Shown here: positions 20,392 through 30,000 of the stretch, piece by piece
Numbering within the stretch: position 1 is the stretch's first letter
Layout: each line of letters starts with the position of its first letter
From: Candidatus Babeliales bacterium
Lineage (GTDB): Bacteria; Babelota; Babeliae; Babelales; JANWKD01
Direction of reading: 5' to 3'
DNA length: 64,000 bases
Assembly: GCA_963722075.1 (NCBI GenBank)
Contig: CAVRJM010000001.1
Location: 1,184,001-1,248,000, forward strand
Translations under genes and position numbers: made by a program
The notes under the pieces: generated by a model
The model's input: the letters and a program-made list of their open reading frames with translations, nothing else
Told to the model about the DNA's origin: nothing
Databases searched by the model: none

Positions 20392-20987
20392 ATATAAAAA
20401 AATTATTATTTATTTTTCTGTTAATTCCGACTGCCTCAAATTATTCCATGGAATTGACTAAGCCAATTCTCAATTCGATGGCAAATTCAGAAACGGCAAA
20501 AATGTTTGCATTAACTGCCGGAGTTTCTGTTGCACTTAGTTGTGCAGAGGTTCCATTGCGATTTGGTTATTATGAAGAAGATCAGAGAAAAGAATTGGTT
20601 TCCCAGTTAAAGTCAGGGAAATTTATAGCAAAAAAAATCCTGGCCGATGGGATCTTGTGTGGAGGCCTTATAACCTTATGCGCACGGCTTGGTTCTAAGT
20701 GGCCACAATATACTAATGAGGAGTTCATAAAGCAGGGCAAGATTCTTATGGCATTGGTAACAATACCATCATTTTTGATATGCGGGATAAGCTATGCATG
20801 TAATCCATTCGGCAATGCATTAGATCCTATAAAAAGAAGATGGGAACATCGATGGCGGCAATCATTAAATAAAGAGAGGCGGGCTTTTAGCACAGGGTTA
20901 ACCCATCTTATTTACTTTGTTTGTTATAATTTGGGAGCAGTTGGGTTTCCGTTATATATACTTTTTAATCGTTATAGAGCACGTTAA
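20388..20987 (+). CDS. Hypothetical membrane protein, paralog 2 of a tandem trio
   Basis: ATGA overlap with previous stop; signal ending NYS|ME; motif ARLGSKWPQYTNEEFIK. Confidence 0.65.
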   Translation: MNIKKLLFIFLLIPTASNYSMELTKPILNSMANSETAKMFALTAGVSVALSCAEVPLRFGYYEEDQRKELVSQLKSGKFIAKKILADGILCGGLITLCARLGSKWPQYTNEEFIKQGKILMALVTIPSFLICGISYACNPFGNALDPIKRRWEHRWRQSLNKERRAFSTGLTHLIYFVCYNLGAVGFPLYILFNRYRAR

Positions 20988-20995
20988 AGGGTTTT

Positions 20996-21547
20996 ATGAA
21001 TATAAAAAATATTATGATCATTTTGTTGTTTGGAATATCATTGCAGCAAGTCAAGGCGATGGATAAAGAAAATTTGAAAGAAATGGCTGTTATAATAGGA
21101 GGGGCTGCTATTGTATGTGGTACTTTTAAACATATTAAAGATCACTATTGTCCTTATTTTAAATATAAAACATCAAAAAAATTTGGTACAAATAGGCAAG
21201 CGATTATGAGTGAGCTACATCCATTTTTGCATGGTAGTTTATACGGAATTGCTTTGGCTTGCACTGCTCGATTAGGAAATTTTGGACCTAAATTAACAGC
21301 TCTTGAGTTGGCAAAACCGGTTATTGCTTCAATGGTTGGCGGCATGGCATTATCGGGTTTGTTAGGAGTCGCATATAAATATTATTCAGGATCTCAAAAA
21401 AAACAATCAAAAATTATCAGAACTACGTCTCAATGGGTAGATATTGTTTTGCCTAGTATTGCGGTTTTCTGTGTTGATGCATATCGAGTAAAAAATCTAG
21501 TATGGGCTGATTTTTTGAATAGCTACAATCGCTATAAAATGAGTTAA
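20996..21547 (+). CDS. Hypothetical membrane protein, paralog 3 of a tandem trio
   Basis: Signal ending VKA|MD; motif ARLGNFGPKLTALELAKP. Confidence 0.65.
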   Translation: MNIKNIMIILLFGISLQQVKAMDKENLKEMAVIIGGAAIVCGTFKHIKDHYCPYFKYKTSKKFGTNRQAIMSELHPFLHGSLYGIALACTARLGNFGPKLTALELAKPVIASMVGGMALSGLLGVAYKYYSGSQKKQSKIIRTTSQWVDIVLPSIAVFCVDAYRVKNLVWADFLNSYNRYKMS

Positions 21548-21572
21548 AATTAACTAAATTGTTTAAAATGGT

Positions 21573-21605
21573 AAAGGCCGATAATGAAAAAATCGGCCTT
21601 TTTTT
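21573..21605 (+). terminator. Rho-independent terminator
   Basis: AAAGGCCGAT-loop-ATCGGCCTTT followed by a T run. Confidence 0.8.
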
Positions 21606-21705
21606 ATCCAAAAAATACAATTATTGAAAATTATTAAAAAAATTTACTATGCTCTTTATTAATTAAATGTCTGTTAATTAATATTTGTAAAAAAGGGGGG
21701 AGTGT

Positions 21706-22656
21706 ATGAAATTATATGAAATAATTTTGTTGTTAATAACAATCATTCATATGAATTGCATGTTTGGAATGAATCAAGGAGAAGATTCTTGGATGTATGG
21801 TAGTGGTTCTCACTTAGCATCTTCTTCTTTACCCGCTACTCCACGTACACCACGCTCTCAAGAAGAACTTACTGCTGTTTCTCAACATTTTGGTAGCTTG
21901 AGTGAATCAGCATATATTCCAGTTCAATTTAGATCTGTGGCAATGATAACAGAAACGCCTTTTAATAGCCCATCAAATCGAAACTCACCTAGTGCCGATT
22001 TTGAAAGCGGTTCTAGTGAAAGCAGTAGCGACAATAGTGATAGCGATAATGAAGATGAAGCAAAAAATAAACCAAAAAATAAAGCACTTACGCAAAAAGC
22101 AGCATTAAGCTTAAATTGCATACTAAATAATAAAAACGAGCTATCTCAATTTGGAATTCTATATACAAATCCTCTTTTACAAGGGCGAGCGTTTGTTCAA
22201 TTTTTAAAGCAAAAAAAACTTATAGTCAAAGAAAACGATACTAATGAAAATAATGTTTCATTAGATACCGTTGTGCGGCTCAAAGAAGCGGTGCAACAAT
22301 ATAAAAATCATTTAGAAATAATGATACAAGAAAAAAATATAGAAAAAGCATCTATTAATAAAAGTTTATATTGGGGCTTTGCGTCATTGGCAACTCTTCC
22401 ATTTATAGGGATTTCTTCTTATTTAATAAGCATATCCGATTTATTATATAAGGATTGCGCGAAATATTATGCATTAGGATTAGGGGCACTTACGTTGAGT
22501 TACGGCGTATATAAAGTAACTAGTGGAATATCTAAAAGTAAGTGCATCAATGAATGCTTAAAGGAATATAAAGTTGAACATGATATTGCCTTTGATTTAG
22601 TTAATCGAACTATACCGTATGCAGAAGGTCAATCAAATACAGGTCAATTACAATAA
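21706..22656 (+). CDS. Hypothetical secreted Ser/Asp-rich protein with two-TM hairpin
   Basis: Signal ending MFG|MN; low-complexity Ser/Asp region; two TM helices. Confidence 0.7.
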   Translation: MKLYEIILLLITIIHMNCMFGMNQGEDSWMYGSGSHLASSSLPATPRTPRSQEELTAVSQHFGSLSESAYIPVQFRSVAMITETPFNSPSNRNSPSADFESGSSESSSDNSDSDNEDEAKNKPKNKALTQKAALSLNCILNNKNELSQFGILYTNPLLQGRAFVQFLKQKKLIVKENDTNENNVSLDTVVRLKEAVQQYKNHLEIMIQEKNIEKASINKSLYWGFASLATLPFIGISSYLISISDLLYKDCAKYYALGLGALTLSYGVYKVTSGISKSKCINECLKEYKVEHDIAFDLVNRTIPYAEGQSNTGQLQ

Positions 22657-24069
22657 CTTTGCTAGTATTTCTTGTTCATTAAAATAAAATTTCTGATTAC
22701 CAATAATTTGATAATGATCAGGGCCTTTACCAAGAAGAGCAATAATTGAATGTGCTGTTGAGCATCGATATGCTTTTTGTATTGCTTGTTCTCGATCAAG
22801 TTCAATTACTATATTAGGTTTTAAATGAGCAGGAATTGTGTGGATCATTTCTTGTATAATAACTACCGGATCTTCTGAGCGTGGATTATCTGAAGTTAAA
22901 ATGACTATATCTGCGTAGGTTGCTGCTAATAACCCCATATCAGGACGTTTTTGCTTATCGCGATCGCCGCCTGCGCCACATACCACAATTAAATGCGGGG
23001 TAAGAGTACGCAACGTAGAAAGTACCGATTGATATGATGAAGGATTATGCGCATAATCAATAAAGCAGATTGCTTTATTAGGGAGCATGTATTTTTCTAG
23101 CCGGCCAGGAACATAATTAAACGTCATTAACGCGGTGATACCTCGTGGTGCATTAATTCCTAATAAAAGACATACAGCAAAAGCAAAAACAATATTATAG
23201 GCATTAAATTCACCAATAAGTGGTGAGGAAATAATATATGTCTCTTTATTATAATTAAGATGAATTTGTAAGCCATTAGGTAAATTAGAACCTATTGAAA
23301 AACTAAAATGCGCCGTATCAGATTTACTGATAGTAAAAAGCGAAGCAGCTAACGGTATGTTTTTCTTTATCCATTCATTATCATGATTAATAATAACGAA
23401 ACCATTTTCTTTTGTTTGCTTTAAAAGCATGGATTTAGCATGAAAATAATCATCAAGACATGGATAAAATTCTGCATGTTCTTGATCAAAATTAGTAAAT
23501 AAGAATGCTTCAAATTCAATCCCGTATACGCGATCCAGCGTATATGCTTGTGCCGCTACTTCCATTACCACATAATCGATATTGTTCTTAACGCATTCAT
23601 TAAAAAAAACGTGTAAATAATCGGGATGTTGGGTGGTTAATTGAGTCGGCAATATATGTCGGTTGATTTTATTGTATACGGTACTTAATAATGCAGTTTT
23701 ATAACCAGCGGCTGCTAGCATATGTTCAATTAAAAAACTGGTTGTTGTTTTACCTTTGGTACCGGTAATGGCAATAATTTTCAATTTTTTAGCGGGGTGA
23801 TCTAAAGCGTCAGCACTTAATTCAGCCAATGCACGCCGTGCATTGGCAACACGAACCACTACAGCCTTTTTTTGCGCTAATTCTTTTTGTATATGCGCTG
23901 GAATTATTCGTTGTTCTTCAATAACAATGGTGGCGGCGCCGCGCTCTAATGCAGTGGCAATAAAATCCATGCCATCCATTTTAGCACCCTTAATCACCAC
24001 AAAAGTGCTCTTAGGACCAACAAAATCGGTGTGGCAGGTAACCGGAAATATACGAGGAAAATTATTCAT
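22648..24069 (-). CDS. murE: UDP-N-acetylmuramoyl-L-alanyl-D-glutamate--2,6-diaminopimelate ligase
   Basis: ITGTKGKTTT, PGRLE, DYAHNP, GAGGDRD and the mDAP-type DNPR motif. Confidence 0.93.
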   Translation of the reverse strand: MNNFPRIFPVTCHTDFVGPKSTFVVIKGAKMDGMDFIATALERGAATIVIEEQRIIPAHIQKELAQKKAVVVRVANARRALAELSADALDHPAKKLKIIAITGTKGKTTTSFLIEHMLAAAGYKTALLSTVYNKINRHILPTQLTTQHPDYLHVFFNECVKNNIDYVVMEVAAQAYTLDRVYGIEFEAFLFTNFDQEHAEFYPCLDDYFHAKSMLLKQTKENGFVIINHDNEWIKKNIPLAASLFTISKSDTAHFSFSIGSNLPNGLQIHLNYNKETYIISSPLIGEFNAYNIVFAFAVCLLLGINAPRGITALMTFNYVPGRLEKYMLPNKAICFIDYAHNPSSYQSVLSTLRTLTPHLIVVCGAGGDRDKQKRPDMGLLAATYADIVILTSDNPRSEDPVVIIQEMIHTIPAHLKPNIVIELDREQAIQKAYRCSTAHSIIALLGKGPDHYQIIGNQKFYFNEQEILAKLL

Positions 24070-25402
24070 GGTGATGAGCTACATGTTCCTTCAAACCACG
24101 TTTAATTACTGGAAGTAAAAATAATATACCAAACATATTGATGGTTAACAGTGCTGTATTAATTAAATCGGTCATATTCCAAATAAGATCAACTTTTGCC
24201 AATGCACCTAGGAAGGTAGCAGTACAAAATAAAATATTGCAGAGATTAATGAATTTGCCATGGGTTAAAAAAAGCCAACAGCTGCGTGCTATATAGGCAT
24301 AAGAAACAAGCACACCAAGTCCAAAACTAACGGAGAGAAAGGTGACGATCCAACCTCCTATGGTGCCAAATACCGTTTCATATGCAGAAATAGTCAAATC
24401 TAAGCTTGTTTGGCCATTATCCCATACTTGAGATGCGATGAGCATAAGCCCGATTGAAAAACAGACCAAGTTTGAACTAATAAACGTACTGAGCATCGAC
24501 ATAATACCATCATCGACCGGATCTTTACTACTTGAGCCACCAAAAATAACGGCTGCGGTACCTAAACCTGCTTCAGATGCGTTAAGCGTGCGATAAATGC
24601 CAAAACGAAATGCTTGCTGAACGCTATAACCAAGTGCGCCACCCAAAGCAGCATAGGGCGTAAATGCAGATTTTATTATCAATAAGAGTGATGGGATGAT
24701 TGCTGCATAATGATAGCAAAGAATAATTACAGCAGAAACAAAAAAAACACCAACCTTAATGGGTACAATTTTATCCGACACCCAAATAATCCTCTTTGCG
24801 CCACCCAACATAACGTAGAGCATAAAAATTAAAAGAATGATCGCAATAGTAAGTGCATCGATACCAAAGATGCGCACACAACCTAAGCGAATCGTATTTG
24901 CTTGCATCGCATTTCCGGTGGTAAAAGCAAGAAATAAACAAAATAATGCATAAAGATAGGGGAGGAAAGAACCGCCAGGAATTTTACTTAAATATACCAT
25001 TGGTCCACCAACAACATTATTATTCCAATGCTGTACACCGAATGCAGTACTTAAATAAACTTCGCAATAGCGAATAGCCATACCCAATAATCCATATATA
25101 AACATCCAGAACGCAGCCCCGGGACCACCTGAATAGATAGCGGTTGCCATACCACCAATACTCCCGTTTCCTAAACTTGTGCTTAATGCATTTAAAAACG
25201 CTTGAAAGGGAGTCATATCAGCGGTGGTTGGTGCAGAGGTTCCACTTTTTTTAAAAAGAAGGAGTTTCCAGGCGGTACAAAAATAGCGGAATTGAATGAA
25301 ATTGAGTGTAATCATAATGATGATGGCTATGGTAATAAAAAAAATAATGGTTGGCCACCATAAATAATTATTTAATAATAAGACCCAATCATTCAGTTCC
25401 AT
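24062..25402 (-). CDS. Alanine/glycine:cation symporter (AGCS family)
   Basis: TPFQA, GNGSIGG.ATAI..GGPGAAFWM, GGPMVY, EAGLGTA; multiple TMs. Confidence 0.9.
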   Translation of the reverse strand: MELNDWVLLLNNYLWWPTIIFFITIAIIIMITLNFIQFRYFCTAWKLLLFKKSGTSAPTTADMTPFQAFLNALSTSLGNGSIGGMATAIYSGGPGAAFWMFIYGLLGMAIRYCEVYLSTAFGVQHWNNNVVGGPMVYLSKIPGGSFLPYLYALFCLFLAFTTGNAMQANTIRLGCVRIFGIDALTIAIILLIFMLYVMLGGAKRIIWVSDKIVPIKVGVFFVSAVIILCYHYAAIIPSLLLIIKSAFTPYAALGGALGYSVQQAFRFGIYRTLNASEAGLGTAAVIFGGSSSKDPVDDGIMSMLSTFISSNLVCFSIGLMLIASQVWDNGQTSLDLTISAYETVFGTIGGWIVTFLSVSFGLGVLVSYAYIARSCWLFLTHGKFINLCNILFCTATFLGALAKVDLIWNMTDLINTALLTINMFGILFLLPVIKRGLKEHVAHHHE

Positions 25403-25414
25403 ATGGCTTTTCCT

Positions 25415-26245
25415 TTATTTATAAATGCCTAATTTTTTTAATTTTTGTGCAACTGATTTATAGTGATAATTTTTGCAATGAATATACTCAATATTTGGAA
25501 TCCCAAGTTCTTTAAGCTTATTAATGAAAGATTCTTCAGTATCGATATAGACAATTCGTTGTTGCGGTTGCATTGCAATACCAAATTTTTTAAATGCTTC
25601 TCTATAGAAAGCAGGATCAGGCTTCATTACATGGGATTCACCCGAGGTGAACTTGCCACTTGCCAAATCAATAACAGATTTGATTGCCGGATTCTTTTCA
25701 AACTCATTAAAAGTTGCAGTGCTTTGGTTGGTTGCATAATAGATTTTATGACGGGGATTGCCATTATGATCGCGTGCAGCGTGAATGGCACGAATGATTT
25801 TAGCGGCATCATGATCACAATCACGTGCCTGGGCAAAACGAGAAGGGGTTAAAATATGAGCGGCTAATGATTGAAACAATTTAGTATTTATACCAAGAGC
25901 ATCCATTTTTCTTAATTCTTGTAAAACATGGTCTCTGATTTGTTCAGGCGGTTGGATATCGCATACCCAGTTTTTAATAATCTGTGGCATCACTAATTCC
26001 TCTTTATAGACATACGGGAAAGAAGGATCTTGAGGTAAAATAGTCTCAAATGCCTTAAAAAGATTTTCTACGATTTTAATGGGATTGTAAAATCCTATTA
26101 AATTTGAAGGGCCTACATCCCAAATGGTTCGGCTTCTTACTTCTCTAATAAAAAAATCACTATCAATAATAATATAATCTGCCTGTATCAGTGAAGAAGA
26201 CAATAAAAATGTCAGAGAAAAAATCTGTTTTACCGATAAATTCAT
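25415..26245 (-). CDS. Secreted HAD-superfamily-like protein
   Basis: Signal peptide; IIIDSD (DxD), ATN, KPDPAFY and VYID motifs (motif IV divergent). Confidence 0.55.
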   Translation of the reverse strand: MNLSVKQIFSLTFLLSSSLIQADYIIIDSDFFIREVRSRTIWDVGPSNLIGFYNPIKIVENLFKAFETILPQDPSFPYVYKEELVMPQIIKNWVCDIQPPEQIRDHVLQELRKMDALGINTKLFQSLAAHILTPSRFAQARDCDHDAAKIIRAIHAARDHNGNPRHKIYYATNQSTATFNEFEKNPAIKSVIDLASGKFTSGESHVMKPDPAFYREAFKKFGIAMQPQQRIVYIDTEESFINKLKELGIPNIEYIHCKNYHYKSVAQKLKKLGIYK

Positions 26246-26406
26246 CAAAAACCCTTTTTAAAATATACACCGATTCATATTAGTTTATATTATATATAAT
26301 TGAAAAATAAAGCTATTTATGTATTGTTTATTATGGGTAAAATAGAATGATACATCGTTATATAACTTCATCTCTAGCTGTTAAATAACAGATTCAAGGA
26401 AAAAGT

Positions 26407-26810
26407 GTGAAAATTCTTGCATTAGATATAGGGGATCAATGGGTTGGATCTGCTTTATCAGATTCAATAGGTCTTCTTGCAAAACCATATAAAACAATCC
26501 AGGCAGCAACATTGGAGCAATTTTTAGTGGATTCTTTTAAAGCTGAACCGATTGATACCGTAGTGATTGGGTATCCTATTACCATGCGTGCAACAAAAAG
26601 TATGCAAACGGAGGCTATTATCAAAAAAAAGAAGAGCTGGAAAAAAAGTTTCCCCAGATTAATTGGGTATTATGGGATGAGCGATTAAGTAGTAAACGTG
26701 CACAATCATTGAAAAAAGCAATTACTAAAGAAGAAAAAATTAAAGCCCATTCATATGCAGCCGCTTTTATTTTGGAATCATATTTAGAATACCAAAAAAA
26801 TTTAATTTAA
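26407..26810 (+). CDS. ruvX: Holliday-junction-resolvase-like RuvX/YqgF, frameshifted at A8 run 26623-26630
   Basis: [11 protein letters not shown] and VVIGYP in the first frame; WDERLSS...[13 protein letters not shown] in the -1 frame to TAA at 26810. Confidence 0.85.
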
Positions 26811-27008
26811 TTTTTTTAAAAAAATATTGATTATTATTTAGTTTTCGGGCAAAATAACTAGCTTATTGATTTTCATTGTTGACTTCTTTTTTATTCATTG
26901 TTTAGATTATAAAAAAGGAAGAAATAATCGTGGTGGGCTTAGTTAAAAATATTTTTTTGCCATAAGCACCTGTAGCCCAACAAATCTTGAACTATTCAGG
27001 AGAGATTA

Positions 27009-27188
27009 ATGAAGTGCAAAAAATGTTCTGGGCTTATGGTATTGCAATCATTTTTTGATCATTTTTTAAATTTTGAAGGCTGGAAATGCCTTAATTGTGG
27101 CAAGGTGATTGCAAAAAAAGAAAAAACAATAGAATATGATGCTTTTAGTATTTTTTATCAACAGCAAAAATGTAAAAACAAAAATTAA
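27009..27188 (+). CDS. Small zinc-ribbon protein (59 aa)
   Basis: AGGAGAG RBS; MKCKKCSGLM...GWKCLNCGK has two CxxC motifs; below the ORF-track cutoff. Confidence 0.7.
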   Translation: MKCKKCSGLMVLQSFFDHFLNFEGWKCLNCGKVIAKKEKTIEYDAFSIFYQQQKCKNKN

Positions 27189-27200
27189 TTAAATGACAAA

Positions 27201-27875
27201 ATGCCTTATTTTTTAACGCTACAAGCACATTATACTAATTTTGAAGTGGGGATATTCTCCGATAATACCCTGCTAAGCTATTATACTGATGATAAAAAAT
27301 ATGCAAGTCGTGATTTAGTTCCTATCATTCAATCTATTCTTACAAAAAATAAAATCAATGTTACGGATCTTGATGGTATTATCGTTAATAAGGGTCCAGC
27401 GCCCTTTACGAGTTTGCGGGTGATTATTACCACTGCTAATGGTCTTTCATTTGCAGATAATGTTCCCTTAATTGGTGTTAATGGGCTGGAAGCATTATTG
27501 CTAGAGCATAAAAACCTTGCATGGCCTATTACCGTGGCTTTATTAAATGCATTTAATAATGATGTTTATTATGGAATAGATGCTCACGATGCAATTGAAA
27601 TAGGTTGTGAAAATGGCGAGCATTTTTTATTAGCGCTTAAAGAGCGCTATAAAAATAGGTCTATTCGATTTATTGGTAATGGTGCCCAATTATTTATCCA
27701 GCAAATAAAAGCGACATTTGGTACACAAGCCTTTATACAAGAACCATTCGTTGATGCGCCTTCGCTTCAAATAATAACGCACAAAGGAATCGAGATGTTT
27801 GAACAAAAACAGTATATCCAATCTCCATTACTTCCACTTTATTTAAAAAATATCCGCTATACGCCCGCTATTTAA
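27201..27875 (+). CDS. tsaB: tRNA threonylcarbamoyladenosine biosynthesis protein TsaB
   Basis: GPAPFTSLRV...ANGL, LIGVN, C-terminal PLYLK. Confidence 0.88.
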   Translation: MPYFLTLQAHYTNFEVGIFSDNTLLSYYTDDKKYASRDLVPIIQSILTKNKINVTDLDGIIVNKGPAPFTSLRVIITTANGLSFADNVPLIGVNGLEALLLEHKNLAWPITVALLNAFNNDVYYGIDAHDAIEIGCENGEHFLLALKERYKNRSIRFIGNGAQLFIQQIKATFGTQAFIQEPFVDAPSLQIITHKGIEMFEQKQYIQSPLLPLYLKNIRYTPAI

Positions 27876-28206
27876 GTTCAATATCCCCATAGATATCAGA
27901 TGTTCCATACATATGTGAAAAACCAGCGATCTCTTTTTCACGTGCTGATAGCATGCTTTCATCTGTTTGATTAATTGGTTGCTGTGTTTGTTGTTCGGTA
28001 TCTGATGGTTGAGTAATAGGTCGTATTCTCATGGAGCCAGGCGTTGTCACTAATGCATGTGCCGGTGCATGTTGCGTTGATACTGATGGATGATCATATG
28101 TTTTAAGAATTCTTATATAAGAAGGGTTTGCTGTTCGATCGCCTAAAATAGTGGCATCTACTGAAAAAAATAATGATAAGAATATTAGAAAATAACTATA
28201 TTTCAT
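27868..28206 (-). CDS. Hypothetical secreted protein
   Basis: Signal ending VDA; AAGGGG RBS. Confidence 0.5.
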   Translation of the reverse strand: MKYSYFLIFLSLFFSVDATILGDRTANPSYIRILKTYDHPSVSTQHAPAHALVTTPGSMRIRPITQPSDTEQQTQQPINQTDESMLSAREKEIAGFSHMYGTSDIYGDIELK

Positions 28207-28323
28207 ACATAACCCCTTCTGTCTATAGTATGATTATATCAAATAGAATTAACGCATTTCAATTATTTTTTAATTGATTTCTGGGTGTATATTTTTGTAC
28301 ACTGTAAAAGAAGGAGTTAGATC

Positions 28324-28596
28324 ATGAAAAAAATAGAAAAAAATAAAAGAAAAGCTAAAAAAGAAGTTCATAAAGAGCAAAAAATTACCCAAGCGCAAAT
28401 GAAGGAAAAACTGGATAGTAAATGGGAAGAATTGATGCATTCTCCACAACAAAAAAAATTATCTGCAGGGGCAGAAGCTATTTTTGAAATAAAAAGAACA
28501 AGAAACCATTGGGGTAACAAGCAATTATGGGGCTATAAAGATAAAGGCCGGCACAAGCCAGGCCATGCAACACCTAAGGTAAAGAAAAAGAAATAA
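28324..28596 (+). CDS. Small Lys-rich hypothetical protein
   Basis: AAGGAG RBS; 90 aa, highly basic. Confidence 0.55.
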   Translation: MKKIEKNKRKAKKEVHKEQKITQAQMKEKLDSKWEELMHSPQQKKLSAGAEAIFEIKRTRNHWGNKQLWGYKDKGRHKPGHATPKVKKKK

Positions 28597-28597
28597 T

Positions 28598-29626
28598 ATG
28601 AATTATGTTCGTATGGGTTTCCTGCTGATTGCCATAATGGTATGTGCGGGTACGTTCGCTGCTGATGTCACGATCGGCTTTATGGGCGATGTAATGGTTG
28701 GTCGTGCAGTAAATCAGTTATTGGTACAATCGAAAAATTATAATAAGATATGGGGCAATTTATTGCCCCTATTGAAATCTACAGATTTCAATATTGCAAA
28801 TCTTGAAACAACATTTTCAAAGAATGGGATAAAAGTACCTAAAGCATTTAATTTTCAATCTGATCCAGCCAATGTAGAGACATTGCTTGCTGCAAATATA
28901 AAAATAGTAAATACCGCTAATAACCACATTCTTGATTATGGGGTAAAAGGATTAAAGGAAACGATAAAAACGCTTGATAATGCTTATATAAAACATGTTG
29001 GTGTTGGACTTACTTTAAAGCAATCACAATATCCCGTTTACTTAAGTAAAAAAGGGTTAAATATTGCAGTTCTTGGCTTTACCGATAATGAACCCGGTTG
29101 GGCTGCACAAGCTCATAAAGCTGGTATTAATTATATTTCAATTGACCCAAAAAAAATTGAAACTATTAAATCTCTTCTAGAAAGCACCAAGAAAAAAGTT
29201 GATTTTCTTATCGTTTCTTTACATTGGGGCGGCAATTGGGAAGAGCGGCCCTCCAGGGATTTTCAAAAATTTGCGCATCTGCTTTTAGATAATGGTGTAG
29301 ATCTTGTTCATGGGCATAGTGCACATATTTTTCAGGGTATAGAAATTTATAAAAATAAGCTCATTATGTATAGTACTGGCGATTTTATAGATGATTATGC
29401 AGTAGATCTTATAGCAAAAAATAATCAGTCATTCTTTTTCTTGGTAACTATTGACGCTAAAGGCCTTAAAGAGCTTCGGTTGATCCCAACTACTATTACT
29501 AATATGCAGGTAAATGAAGCATCAACCGCTGATGGAAGAGCCAGTTTGCGGGCAATTAAGGATCTTTCTGAGGAATTAGGAACGTTTATCCCTGCCAATG
29601 GGATTTGGCATCGAATGGAAGAATAA
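28598..29626 (+). CDS. CapA/PGA_cap-family metallophosphoesterase with signal peptide
   Basis: GDVMVGR, NLET, ANNHILDYG, LHWG, GHSAH, YSTGDF. Confidence 0.88.
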   Translation: MNYVRMGFLLIAIMVCAGTFAADVTIGFMGDVMVGRAVNQLLVQSKNYNKIWGNLLPLLKSTDFNIANLETTFSKNGIKVPKAFNFQSDPANVETLLAANIKIVNTANNHILDYGVKGLKETIKTLDNAYIKHVGVGLTLKQSQYPVYLSKKGLNIAVLGFTDNEPGWAAQAHKAGINYISIDPKKIETIKSLLESTKKKVDFLIVSLHWGGNWEERPSRDFQKFAHLLLDNGVDLVHGHSAHIFQGIEIYKNKLIMYSTGDFIDDYAVDLIAKNNQSFFFLVTIDAKGLKELRLIPTTITNMQVNEASTADGRASLRAIKDLSEELGTFIPANGIWHRMEE

Positions 29627-29715
29627 ATAATTGACAATTAATAATAAATATAATCATTATAGTAATAAGTAGTGATTTTCAACCGTTTTTATTAATTTAT
29701 TTAAGGAGTGGCCAT

Positions 29716-29865
29716 ATGGCTTCTTACTATTCAGTCCCTTTGACAAGTATTACCAGTCTATCTGGTGGTAATACTGTATTTATTCTTTTTATTTCACTTT
29801 CAGTAATAATCATTTCTATCGTACTATTCAGTTCAGTAATCAATTCTTGGTGGCCTTGCGCCTAA
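29716..29865 (+). CDS. Small single-TM protein (49 aa)
   Basis: TAAGGAG RBS; MASYYSVPLTSITSLSGGNTVFILFISLSVIIISIVLFSSVINSWWPCA. Confidence 0.5.
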   Translation: MASYYSVPLTSITSLSGGNTVFILFISLSVIIISIVLFSSVINSWWPCA

Positions 29866-30000
29866 AATTTACCATTTATAACTAATTGCCTTTAAGCAAT
29901 TTTTGCATTAATATATTCATGGATATATTTGTACGTTGCATTATTTAGGCTATGTAAAAAAATGATACAGGTCTTAAAGAAGTTGCTTTTTCAATAACTC

